From positions 326,182,001 through 326,246,000 of the forward strand of contig OZ024743.1 in NCBI GenBank assembly GCA_964016885.1: a stretch of DNA of 64,000 bases, read 5' to 3'. The translations under genes were made by a program, and so were the position numbers. Shown here piece after piece: positions 37,168 through 50,307 of this stretch (positions are counted from its first letter, which is position 1; every line of letters begins with the position of its first letter). This DNA comes from Eledone cirrhosa (taxonomy: Eukaryota). The notes below the pieces were generated by a model. The model saw nothing but the letters and a program-made list of their open reading frames with translations, did no database searches and was not told where the DNA came from.

Positions 37168-39752
37168 TGTCAAAATAACATCTTTGTCTGATATCTGTTT
37201 TCTGTGCTGGCATGTGTTGATGTGTCATCTTCTTTAGGTTCTGCTTCCTAAGTGGAACCTTCAGCACTTCCTACAACTTAACTTAGTTTTCCTTTTCCAC
37301 AGTATTTCTGCCCTGTGTCACTCACTAGTTGTCCTCCACAGCCATCAGAAGTGTGACAAAAACCATGTTGTTGCACTTGACATTAGCAAAGTATTTGATC
37401 TTATTAACACGAGAATCTCTTGGATAAGTTACTCTTTATGGGCTTATCTGTCTTTTATCTTGTCAAATTGCATTATTGTAGTGTGCTGATTAGATTAGGT
37501 TCTCTCTGACTCCCAATATCAACTTTTGTGTTTCTTCACACTCATTATCCTCTACAACACTTTTGATAACATGCTGCTTGAAATCACCCCTGGTTTTTTA
37601 TACAAATCTGTTTATTTTGAAATGTTTATATTTATCTACGAACATTAGATCATAATGTTTTGTAAGAGCTTTTGTTAGTTAATGTTCTAAACATTAGCTT
37701 AGTAATGAAAAAGTTATATGACTAAATCCTTCAAAATTCTTAATAATTTTCAAAATGATTTGAAAATTATAGGCAGTGTCTTTCATTAGAAATTTGGTAA
37801 TGAATGGGTTAACAATCTGCTTGCTGTATATAATCCAACAATGCTCATTTCTATGAATTAGTGTCTTTCTTCATTCCTTTTTAACCGCCTGTATGTAGGT
37901 ATCATTTTCATGGAACCTAGACACTGTACTGCTTTTATGAATAGAGACCGTCAAAAAGATAATGGCAATCTAGTTTCTTTGAACAGCTCAAAGAAGCTAT
38001 CCCACATATATAGATAACTATAATTGTGTCACAAACATTAGCTTTCCTCTCTGGGAACCAGTAGAAAAATAGGAAATGGAAAATTTATAATAGTTATTTT
38101 TTCTGTAATTCATGTTGTTAAGGTATTACTAACAATTAAGGTGTTCCTTGAGGGTTCTAGAATTTTCCTCATGACTGTATACATTTTTAATTTACATATA
38201 AGTAAAGCTTCTACTTTCTGGAAAGTTATTGCTCTATTTGCTTTGATAAAGCCTTTGCATGCATGCGCAGGCCCTTAACTCCTGATGGAGGTATAGGGGT
38301 GCTGTGGCGGTATTTTGAATCTGGCAGAGTTCATTCTTCTTCAGATGGGAACACAACCGATTTCTTCCTGAGAAAAAAAGCAAGGAACTGAGAAAGAGTT
38401 AAAGAAGAAAAATTAACCCCAGTACTGAACTGGTATATTATCAACTGCGAAAGGATGAAAAGCAAAAACTAATCTCAGTGGAATTTAAACTCAGAGCATA
38501 GAGAGCTGGAACAACCAAACACTGTGAAGCATTCTGTCTCTAATGAATCTACCCCCCCCCCCCCCCTCCTGCTTTTAGGAAAGCATAAATATAAACTCAC
38601 TGTTACTGTCAACAGGAAAGTTTTTTTGTTTATACAAGGGAAAAAAAATTGCTGCTTGTTGCAATAAACCTGTCAGATATAAATTTGAACCAATACAGTT
38701 CCATTGAGAAAGAGAGAAATTTAGATTACTTTAATAACTGACCATGTTTTTAGTTGTTAGTTGCTCACTGTTATAGTGATTGATGTCAGTGTAGATGTAT
38801 AGCTGAATTAATCAATGTCATCATTGAAGGCTTCTAGAGAACATGAATATTCTGGTGTACTTCCTGCTGACCTATCTAGTACATCTGGAAGTAGTGAGCT
38901 GATTGTATTGTGTGTCCTTTAGCAGCAAGGTATAATTAGGATTATGTGATGACATACCTAAGTGCAAACATGCAGTGACATGTTACATAGTCGTATATGC
39001 CTGTTCATTACTGAGCAATCCCTCATAATATTGTGGACTGTAATAGATTACTGGTGTGGCAAAAGACTACATGTAAACACTAATCTATTAAGAATTCTCT
39101 GCATTGACTTCTGGTATCTAAAGTGGCAATAGCCTTGTTAGATTGGTGAAAGGAAGAATATCCAGCTGTAGAAACCATGCCAATAAAGGATCAAGAGGAC
39201 TTTTCAGTTATGTCAAGAGCACAGCAATTTCTCTCGTGTTGGTGACATGACAAGCACACCCTGTACACTCTGTAAAGTGGTTCATGATAGGAAAGGCATC
39301 CTGATGTAGAAAACTTGCCAAAGGGTTGGGAGGACTCTTCAATTGTGTCAAAGACATGACAACCTCTCTAGTGCTGGTGCCATGATAAAATACATTTGGT
39401 GCACCCAGTAGAGTGAAAGCCTTCCCACTGCAGTTCATCTGAGGGGTCAACGGCACTGATTAAGAACTGACTTAAATGATGAGTATGATGATGATTATAG
39501 AAATAGTTTAAATGTGATTATGTTGCTTGTAGATTTCTTTCTCATTAGATTTTGTGAATAAGTTTTACCAATAGCAATATTATTTGTGATATTTTTTATT
39601 CTCTGATTATTTCATATGAAATAATTAGCAATGGTAATATTTGATCAGGATAGTAATTAAATTTAGGTTTAGCAAAAAGGGGGAAAACAAAATTAGATTC
39701 TGGAAATAATTTTTTGCCATTTCATTGCAAAAATTCTCATTTTATATATATA

Positions 39753-39895
39753 CTAGCAGATTGGCCCGGCGTTGCTCGGGATTTGCTCTAGGGTTCTTAT
39801 ATATTATTGATATATATTTATCCTTATCGAGCCTCGTGAAATAAATATGTTTGTTTATATTTTGTTATTGTGTATGCAAAAATATCTGTACACGA

Positions 39896-39954
<59 letters not shown>

Positions 39955-40071
39955 TAAAATAACAGATTAAAGTTTAAGCAAAGAATTGGTGCTTTCACCC
40001 ATAACAGGATCTTCTGAAACTAAAAACATCAATCTGTGAACGCAGAAATAAATATTTCGAAAAACGTTGTA

Positions 40072-40119
<48 letters not shown>

Positions 40120-40406
40120 CGTCATGATGTCGTAATACAGACAGGCAGACATACAGACAGATATTATAAGGGCGCAACGTTATATCTATGTATCTATCTA
40201 AAAAGAAAGACTGAGAATTATAGAGAGAGATCTCTAAATCGCGTAATGCGGTCTCTAGGGCATTGAAAATTTGAAATTTTTTTTCTCAAAACACACACAG
40301 GACCATAATTATTACATGTGTAAAGTTTGAAAACAATTGGTTGAGTAGTTCTCGAGTTTTAGGGAGCTGACAGACAGACAGACATTCTCTGTTTTGGATA
40401 TATAGA
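39753..40406 (-). mobile_element. non-autonomous Helitron (second family) with internal microsatellites
   Basis: Minus strand A|TCtatatat ... hairpin cccgagcaacgccggg ... CTAG|T, with a (GACA)n tract near the 5' end. Confidence 0.8.
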
Positions 40407-40676
40407 TATATTTTTGCTTTGAATAATTAAAAAAAAATTTTTGTCAACTATATTTTACAAACAAAAGCTATACAATGATGGAAATATTAAAACAAGATAA
40501 AAACAAAATTAAGTAACAAAAAAGGGGGTAAGGGGTAAAGAAGGGGGTTTTCTGGGCAGTTGTTGTGTGGTTGTGCTGGTCGCTGCAGACCCCAGCATCA
40601 GCATTATTTGTGTGGATAAGATTATAATAATAAAAAGTTGTATAGAATTTTACTACAGCAAAATATAGTGATAGAC

Positions 40677-40904
40677 TTAACTCTTTAGCATTCACATTAC
40701 TCTATATATACTATTATATTTTCATGGTAAAGGCTTTATCTCGCATAATTATCTCACATAATATCGAATCTATGAGATTTTGAAAGTATTTATTTTGAGA
40801 ACAATACCGTAACATCAGTTTGAGTGACCAGTTACAGCCAGTTTCAATAGAAAAAGGTAGAGAATTCTGGCCGGTTTTGACCGGTTTGAACATTAAAGGG
40901 TTAA
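40677..40904. mobile_element. TTAA MITE family 1
   Basis: ttaactctttagcattc ... aacattaaagggttaa. Confidence 0.85.
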
Positions 40905-41274
40905 AGATCTGTGTAGTGTCTAGTTCTACCTGTTGGAAATGTCTCATTGGTATTTTCCGAAGTGGCCATAGTAAGACTTCTTTTCTGTGTTTGTTGTCTA
41001 AACATATAATTGACACACACACACGCATGCACACACACATACATAAACCCATGTGTGCATATACATTTCAATTATTTGATTTCATTCTTCTTTAGCCGAA
41101 CCCTAAAAAAAAAGAGAATTTATATCTTGGAAAATACCTCTTTAGTTGCTTTAAGGTCAGAACAACCGGTCTAGTATTTCTGACACAAGAAAATGCACAC
41201 AGTACTCTCTATAAAGTGGTTGGTGATAGGAAGGTGTAACTGAAACTAATAATTTATATATATCTATATATAAT

Positions 41275-44162
41275 ATCATCATCATCATCATCTTCGTTTA
41301 ACGTCCATTTTCCACGCTAGCATGGGTTAGACGGGAGTTGTCCCACTTGAGGCAAGGCTGGTCGGGTGACCGTGTCTCGCTCATATAGGACTATCTGGCA
41401 GGTTTTCTACGGCTGGATGCCCTTCCTAACACCAACCACATTTACAGTGTGGAACTGGGAACTTTTTACCGTGTTACCTACACGGCCACATTACAGCGTG
41501 GACTGTGTGTGTTTTTTTTGTTGACACCTACACAAACTCAATCTCATTTTCTCGTGCTGTTGGTGGGAGTGGGAGGATAGGGTAGGGGTAGTAGATTGGG
41601 GTGTATATTTGGTTAAGAGGTGCCTACTGACTGTAGGTTTCGCTTTGTACATAGGCAAGGCGGGTCTTCTGTATTACTGTGTAGCGCCAAAGATCTCGGT
41701 CCAGAGACATTGTCTTAGAGAGATGTAAGTGTGTGAGGTCGGAATTTATCAGATCATCCCAGGTTTTTCTGGGTCTACCTACTCCGTAACTACCATCAAT
41801 TTTGATTGCCCTGCACTTTTTTATGCAGCTGTCGTCTTACATGCGCATCACGTGACCATACCAATGTAGTCTTCTCTCAAGTAAACAGCATCTGATCCCT
41901 CTTATTCCTAATTTCTCACTTAGTTCATTTATGCTTTGCCGTTCATGTATATTACTATTACACATCCAACGGAGCATGCATGCTTCGTTCCTTTCCAGTC
42001 TACGCAGGTCCTCTGCATGTAATGCCCATGTCTCACTGCCATGTAACATTGCTGTTCGTATACAGGCATCATACAAGCTGCCTTTCATTTTTAGAGAGAA
42101 ACCTTTTGTGGCCAACAGCGGTATAAGCTCTCTGAACTTTTTCCATCCCGTTCTGACTCTGGCTACTGTACTTTCAGAACACCCTCCACCACTGCTGATT
42201 TCGTCACCCAGGTAACAGAAAGTGTCTACTATTTCTATAGAACCATCTGGGCAATGGAAGGAGCTAGTATCCTTTGGACACTTGCTACCTATTGCACCTG
42301 AGCATTGGCCACATATAAAGTGTACGTTCTTAGATAGTTTACCTGTGATCCCACTACATCTTTTATGTACCCATACTTTGCATTTGGGACATAAAATGGA
42401 ATTTCTGCCTACTCCTTTCCTACACACTGAGCATGGCCATTTCCCTGAGGGCACCTGTGCCCTATTTTCCTTTCTACAAACTAGAACTTTAGTCTTAGAC
42501 AAGTTAACTGTAAGGCCTTTTGATTCTAGGCCATGCTTCGAATTTCTTCTCTAGTTCAGCCATTGATTCAGCTATGAGCGTTAGATCATCTGCGTATAGG
42601 AGTTCCCATGGTCTTGAACTCCTCTGTTATAGCCTGAAGGGCAATAATAAATAGGTGGGGGCTAAGGACAGAGCCTTGATGAACGCCAACTTTTACACTA
42701 AATTCTTCACAATATTCATTGTTAATTCTAACCTTACTGACTGTTTCATTATACATAGCTTGTATAGCTCTCACAAGCCATTCATCTACACCTAGTTTTC
42801 TAAGAGTCCACCAGATAATAGAGCAGGGGACTGTCAAAAGCTTTCTCCAGGTCTACAAAAGCTAAGTAGAGGGGTTTACTTTTAGCTCGGTACTTCTCTT
42901 GTAGTTGTCGTACAAGGAAAAGAGCATCTGTGGTACTTATACCTGACACAAACCCATCTGTGGTACCTTTACCTGACACAAACCCAAACTGCACTTCATC
43001 TAGATCAATTCGCTCTCTGATTAGTTGCGCTATAACTCTTTCTGTGACCGGCATGACCTGGTCAACTAACTTAATGCCTATATAGTTTCCCCTATCTAGA
43101 GCATCCCCTTTACCCTTGTAGCAGTTAATGATGATGCTGCTACGCCAGTCTTTCGGTATGACCCCATTCTGTATTACTTGGTTAACTATCCGGGTGACCA
43201 TGGTGTGTCCCACCATACCAGATGCTTTCAACATCTCAGCAACTATCTCCGAAGGCCCAGCTGCCTTGCCTGTCTTCATATCTTTGATTGCCTTACTTAT
43301 TATACTACCTTTAACTTGCACCGCTGGTCCTTCTATTGGATCGATTTGGGGCAGACTATCTTTTTCCCAATTATTCTCCTCATTTAATAGTCTCTCGTAG
43401 TGACTCTTCCAGGCTATCTTCTTATCAGTATCAGTGAGCGCAAGTACACCATTATCATTACGGACACACTTCTCCCTGACAATATCACGGTTTTCCTTGC
43501 CACATTGTCTAGCAATCCTGAACACCTCACGTTTTTGGTCCTCACGTTGCAGAACATGCTTGAACTTTCTATCCTCTGCTACCCCTTTTGCAAGGTACAC
43601 GTGTCTCCTAGCTTCTCTCCCGGCCACTTGATAGTGCTCTCTACTTCCCCCATCCTGCCATACTTTCCAAGCCTGCTTTTTGGCCTTGATTGTCTCTTCC
43701 ACCTTACTGTTCCACCACCAAGTTACTCTCCTCCTGCCAATAGGTCTGCTCCAGCCACAGATTTCATCCGTTGCTTTCAGCAGGTTCACTTTCAAGAATT
43801 GCCACTATACCTCTATATTGCACGTCTCTAAATGCTCTTCCTTATTGTCAAAGGCATCAAGTAATATTTTAAATTTGTCACTGGCTATGGGGTTCTTCAA
43901 CTTCCATATTCTTCTCGTCAAAGTAGGCCTCCTCTGTCGTCAAGTACGTCTATTCCTGATTATGAGGTCACTAACTACTAGGCTATGTTGGGAGGTGCAT
44001 TCTTCACGGAGGAGGGATTTAGTGTTTACAACAGACATTTTGTCCCGTCTTCTAGTAAGCATATAATCTATCTGGCTGGCGTGTTCCCCTGATCTATAGG
44101 TGATCAAGTGGTTTTTCACGTTTTTTGAAGTTTGTGTTACAGATAGTTAGGCTATTTGCGTC
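41275..44162 (-). mobile_element. RTE family A copy 3 (5' truncated within the endonuclease, frameshifted)
   Basis: ORFs 42800-43795, 42586-42837 and 41837-42502 (intact PHD). Colinear with 220-3046. (GAT)n tail at 41275-41291. Confidence 0.95.
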
Positions 44163-44284
44163 TATATATATATGGAGTGCCTGTGGTGTGAAGACTGGGA
44201 AGACCGCAAATTAGGTGGGTATATAAACGAGGTAGATGTCCAACTGTGAGCTTGAGCAGTTTCAGCTTGTAAACCATCCAAACT

Positions 44285-44353
44285 TAGGGGTACTCTGAAG
44301 AAGCTCGGAGATATCACAAGCTGAAACCGCTTGAGCTCGTGGTCGGACCTCTA
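44285..44353 (+). ncRNA. type I hammerhead ribozyme with canonical core
   Basis: Stem I uaggggu(a)cu / ggaccucua, CUGAAGA at 44295-44301, stem II AGCU/AGCU, GAAA at 44323-44326, stem III ACCGC/GUGGU with loop UUGAGCUC, GUC triplet at 44342-44344. Confidence 0.75.
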
Positions 44354-44984
44354 CTACAATAACACACACACACACACACACACATATATATTCAATTGAC
44401 TTCATTTCACAAAAAGTGAAATAATTAAGGGAGTTTATAGTATGGTTTGAAATGCTGTTCTCTGTTTTAATTCTGGTTGAAAAAGCCCTTTCACTTTATT
44501 TATAAAAATTATGAACAACACAGTATCTCATTCATTCTTCTTCAAAACCATAGGCTCTTGAATCTTGTCAAAAATAAAAACAAGCGAAAACAACCCATTT
44601 AGTTTAAATTTTTGTGCAATGCTTTGTGTCTGTCTGGATAGAGACTTGGCAGATATTCAACTTATAATAAATATATAATCATATGTTGACTATCAATGGT
44701 GGCAACTGTTTCCCCATTTTCATTCTCTCTGAATAAGTTGAATAACTGACGGAAACAATTTCCCTATGTTGTGAAGATTGCCTTCCAGAAACTGAGTCTC
44801 ATGAAAGAAATGACACAGAACTAAGATCACTGGTAATATGCCATAAAACAAAAGACTCACCCACCAGTACAAGCACTGCAACTCAAAAAGTAATTGTAGT
44901 GAGAGACCAAAAGCTACAGTGTTGGCAATCAGAGACAATATAGGGTTTGAGAGGATTCTTCAGTGTTGTTTAGCATGTGTCAAC

Positions 44985-45051
44985 CTCTCTAGTGCTTGTG
45001 CCATGATAAAATTCACCCAGTACACTGTGCAAGTTGTTAGTGTTGGTGCCA

Positions 45052-45084
<33 letters not shown>

Positions 45085-45405
45085 CCATCCAGTCTCCTTT
45101 GTGTAGTAATAGTGGTGGTACTATGAAAAACACACCCAAGACACTGTATAGTTAGTGTTGGTGCCACAAAAAAAAAAATATCCATCCAGTCTATTTTGTA
45201 TAGTGACAGTGGTAGTGCCATGAAAAACGCACCCAGTACACTCTGTAAGGTGGTTTGCATTAGGAAGGGCATCCAGCCATAGAAACATTGCAATATGGAA
45301 CATATGAGCAAGGCAGATCTCTCTTACTTGACTGTCTGGTCACATATTGTGCCACTCCATTCAGCCCATGCCAACATGGAACATGGATGTAAACTGATGA
45401 TGATA
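44985..45405 (+). mobile_element. RTE-tailed SINE with about 5 copies of the 48-bp module
   Basis: Repeated gtgttggtgcca...aaaa..cacccag..cactgt, then aggaagggcatccagcc and cccatgccaacatgg...(gat)n. Confidence 0.7.
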
Positions 45406-46473
45406 TACCACCACAGCCCATATCATAATTATTTTTACTTTATTTTTTTAAAATACAGTCATGGGTTGGATGAGCCTGCAAATATGACTTCTTGTAGATT
45501 CTTTCACACATAGCCAAGACTAATATCACTGAGGCTAACCTTACTTTTCAGGAGCAAACATTATTTCAGCCTCAAAAAGTTATTAGTGTTGAAAAGTGGA
45601 AGTGTTGATGCTACAATAAAATGCATTCAGCCAATATTGTAAAGTATTAGTACTGGTGCCATGATAACATGTACCCAGCCCACACTGTAAATTTATTATG
45701 TGTGCTATGATAAAATGCATCAGGTACATGCCATGAAGTGGCTGGTGTTAGGAAGGACATCCAGTTATTGAAACTACACCAGAATGGAATGTATGAGTGA
45801 GACACAGTCATCTGACATGTCTACCCTTGGAATGTGAACCTGCTTAACCCATGCAAGCATGGAAAACAGTGATGATGATGAAGAAGATATTTTACATTAG
45901 AGTAACCTTGTGTCAGTACATTTTGGGTTATATCTACAAAAATAAGGAAAAGCTGTTTGTTAATTTGATGGCAAGCCTTTCATGTGCCATCAGATTTAAT
46001 CATTTTCTTACTGTTAAGATATATTCTTTTTCTGTTTTTTCTAAACTCACTCCTTCCATTATCTAACCCCACTTGTTCTATTCACACCACTATAGTGTAA
46101 CACCTCCCAAACCCTGTCTAAAGATTGCCCCAGTTCTTTTGCAGAAGTTTATGCCTGAAACTCTTTTCCCATCCATATTTCAACTCCATCAGCTATCCCC
46201 ATAGCATTTCTCATTGAATCTTAATTGCACTTATCTCACCCGGTTATTTCTGTCATCAAGTGAAGAAGGCCCACCTCCATCCTGGTAAAAATGGATACTT
46301 CATCTACATGTATATAATTTAACTCTCTTATTACCATATTTCTAATGAAAGACATTGTTTAGAATTTTCAAATAATTTTGAAAATAATTAAGAATTTGGG
46401 AAGATTTAGTAATATAACTAACCTTCTGATTAATAAGCTGATGTTTAGAACATAAAGATTATTAGATATAATT

Positions 46474-47030
46474 ATAATTGTTTCTACTTTTGGCACAAGG
46501 CCAGCAAATACTCAGTACATTACTGGTACTTTATTTTATCGACCCGTAAAGATGAAAGGCAAAGTTGACCTCGACGGGATTTGAACTCAGAATTTAGATA
46601 TAATTATAATTGTTTCTACTTTTGGCACAAGGCCAGCAATTACCCAGTGTATTACTGGTACTTTATTTTATCGATCCTGTAAGGATGAAAGGCAAAGTTA
46701 ACCTCAGCGGCATTTGAATTTAGATATAATTATAATGAAAAGTTTTTAGTTGAATATAAACACTTTAAAATAAACAGATTTGGATTGTAGAACCAGAGCT
46801 GGTTTGTTATCAAAAAGGTTAATATATCCTTACATAATAATTGTTTCTACTATTGGCACAAGGCCAGTAATTATCCCAGTGCATTACTGGTACTTTATTT
46901 TAACGACCTCGTAAAGATGAAAGGCAAAGTTAACCTCGGTGGGATTTGAATTCAGACCATAAAGGGGCGTAACTCTATGCTGGAAAGCATGGCGTCCGAC
47001 CCTCTACCGATACTGCCAATTCACCACCCT
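46474..47030 (-). mobile_element. three Meta-core SINE copies (46474-46592, 46606-46720, 46838-47028)
   Basis: Same core three times. ttagatataattataat occurs at 46462, 46594 and 46720; ccttacataataat at 46828 and 47028. Confidence 0.85.
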
Positions 47031-47204
47031 TACATAATAATGATTTCTGTCCTAAGTACATATTTTACTGAAGTCAGTATGAAAAAAAAAAGAAAGAAAC
47101 CATGTAACCAAATAACTGCGGGGCATTTTTTTCATTGTGCATCTTATTTGAAGTAAAAATATATAGGAAACAAAAGCAAATTTCTTTCTGTTATTTTACT
47201 TTTC

Positions 47205-47480
47205 TCGAGGTTAGAGTGTTGGACTTAGGATCATTCTATGGGTTTGATTCTTGGACCAGGTGGCATGTTATGTTCTTGAGCAAAACACTTTATTTCACAA
47301 TGTTCCAATTCAATCAGTTGAAAAGGAGTACCAGCAGCAGTTGAGGATTAACTCTGCAATGGACTAGCATCCTGTCTAGGGGAAATGGGAGTTTTGTATT
47401 TTCAGTTTTGCTTAATCCCAATGAAAATGGGACAAACACTGGCTTCATGAACCTCTGGGCTTGGGACAGACTTTTTTTAT
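47205..47480 (+). mobile_element. tRNA-derived SINE with Deu/Nin-like central part, degenerate
   Basis: ggtttgattc B-box, ttcttgagcaaaacacttta, ctgcaatggactagcatcc. The 3' part is shared with 62505-62610. Confidence 0.5.
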
Positions 47481-50271
47481 GTATACACATGTGGTGAAGA
47501 AGATTGCACACATACACAAACACAGTTGTTAAATGATATAGAGAGCCATGGAGTTCATATCTCAGAAATTAGCTGTTCTTGGTGTTTAATCATTTGCCTC
47601 ACCTTAATCCTTTTGTAACCAACCCAGCCAAAATCGGTTCTGATTCTATGAAATAAAATCACCCATTTTTAAAGGTTTCCAATTTAAATTAAAATCTTCC
47701 AACATAATTTTATATAAGAACCTTACATTAAGTTACTATCTTAGTAATGAAATAAGAAGTGTACTTCATGAGAAATGTGGTCATGAAATGGTTAATGCTT
47801 CGTTACTTGCCTATTCTAATTATTCTATTGATTTAATTAACTCTTTCATTGCCATATTTCCATTGAAATATACTGTATATGAATTAAAAAATTGGAGGGA
47901 TTTACTGAAATTATTAGGTATTTTATTACTAAGATATTGGTAATATAACTTAACAATACAACCAATGCTTGTATGGGTTACTTGGGTTGTCACGTTATGA
48001 GACAAGTCAAATTAGGTGATCGTGTCTTGCTCATACAAAACTGTTTCTGGTATGGTTTCTACAGCTGGATGCTCTTCCTAATGCCAACCACATTACAGTG
48101 TGGGCTGGGTGTTTTTGTTGCCATCAGCACAATCATCTTACAAGATAAGACTAAGTGGTTTTTGTCGTGATTACAGGACTGTGGGAGAGCAGGTATGAAG
48201 CATGTCCAGCTTTCCATGTTTGTATGCATGGATTAGACAAAAAATGTATCCAAAGATTTTAATTCAAGTCACAACCCATAAAAATGGGTGGTTTTGGGCA
48301 GAAAGGTTAAACATTCTTCAAATGTTATAGTTTCTCTTAGATGCTCCTTAAAAGTACATTTTTACATATATGATATTCTCCAGACTTTTAGGCAGATATG
48401 ATGTCTCAGATAGCCAACCATGGGATCAGTTGTTCATACTGTCACAGTATTGTCTGTGGCCAAGATACCTGACTTTCAACAAACCCTAGCTCTAACAATA
48501 TATGCCACAGAATGATACAATTCATGATTTTTTATTTATTTTTCTATTTTCACTTTATAGGTGTTGGCTTGACGGGTGGCAGATGAGGGCCCTGTAAGCC
48601 ACAGGAATGGCAGCCTGTTTAGGAGAGCAGTAACTACAAATAAATAAAACTGTATGGGGTAGACATGGGCTCCATATGTTGTAAGAAAAACAGCTCATCT
48701 ATGAGGATTTTCACTCCAAATACATAAGCCTATAAGTCATAGCGAAAACAATCCATCTAGGAGAGCAGTCACTCTGAATGAAATTTGAATCAAGGTAGAG
48801 AAGAAAGACCCTTAAGTCTAGTCAAACAACCTCTCTAGTGCTACTGCCACGATAAAATACACACTCTATCCATGCTGTAAAGTGATTGGTTATAGGATGA
48901 GCATCCAGCCCCCAAAAAATCCCTGCTAAAATTTATCGATCATCATTGTCTAACCCTTGCTAGCAGGAAAAATGTATGTTAAATGATGATTATGAGTTGG
49001 GGAGCGAAGAGCCTCTGATAGGAGGGTAAGTGGTAAGGTGTTTTCAAACGGGAAATCTGGCTCAAATGTTTGCAACAGAATGAGCTCTGCTAAAAGCACC
49101 TAATGACCATGTGGTGGTGTCAAACCGGGTGACAGACTAAGTTTGCCAGTTAAACGACGGCAGCTGTGTGAAACTAAAGAATATTTCTGGTTTGCAGTGC
49201 TGAATTCAATTCATCCAGTGAGAAATGTTATCTGTAATAAATCAGAGTTCCATGCATATTTATTTCTCATCTGCTGAGTAGCAGAGAAATGGGTTAACCA
49301 CCAGTTATATAATGCTTAATCCATTAACTATTAAATGGTAGAATGGCTAGTCAAGATGTTTTTTTGTGGTCTTTGTCCACCACACAGTTGACTAGTTCTT
49401 TCCTGCTTTTTTCAAGGTATAATAATATTTTCACCTTCCACTGGAATGAGTTGTATATATAAGGTTTGTTATACTTTGTATTGTTTCATAAAACATTTAA
49501 TTCTGTCTAACTATATATGTGGAATCTATATTGGTATATCTCTTGACACATTTTCTCCACTCAACCATAGCTTTTCTTTTTATTACTTCCCACATGCATT
49601 GCACTTTAACTCTTAACATCTGATTTAGCAGAAAATATGCAAAAATAGGTTTGGTAATTCAAATGTTAATAATATCCTTATTGGTAGACAGATTGTTGTG
49701 AACATTTGCAATATTAGAGTAAAGACTTTTAGTGTTGATATGATGCAGCCATAGTGCTGTTTTGTATTTTTCAAGAATGTTTTGCTTATGCGGTTTCATG
49801 TGGTACAGGACGTTAAGAATTAACCTATATCTCCTAATTATGCTATTAGAAATATCTTAATTTGTCCTTAATAAACGTCTGCTGTCTTTGACTCCTTTGT
49901 TCATTCATCTTCTCCAAACCATTGGTGTTGTGGAATGGACCTTTATTGGTTTCAGTGACAAGTGTTCCAGTTGTTTGATCAGTGGAACAGACTGATCATG
50001 AAATTAACATTTAAGTGACTGAGCATCCACAGTACATGCACCCTTAATATAATTTTCAGGGAAATTGTGTGTAAAACAGTGTGTGACATGGCTGGCCCTT
50101 TGTATTATAGGTACAGTTAATCTGACATTCTTCCAGTTTTCATCTCCCTAATTTTGCTCACAAAGCACGGGTTGATTCGAGACTATGGTAAATGACACTT
50201 GCATTCTGGGTTGGAACTGGGACCTAATGCTTACAATGCACACGCACGCACGCACGCACGCACGCACGCAC

Positions 50272-50307
<36 letters not shown>

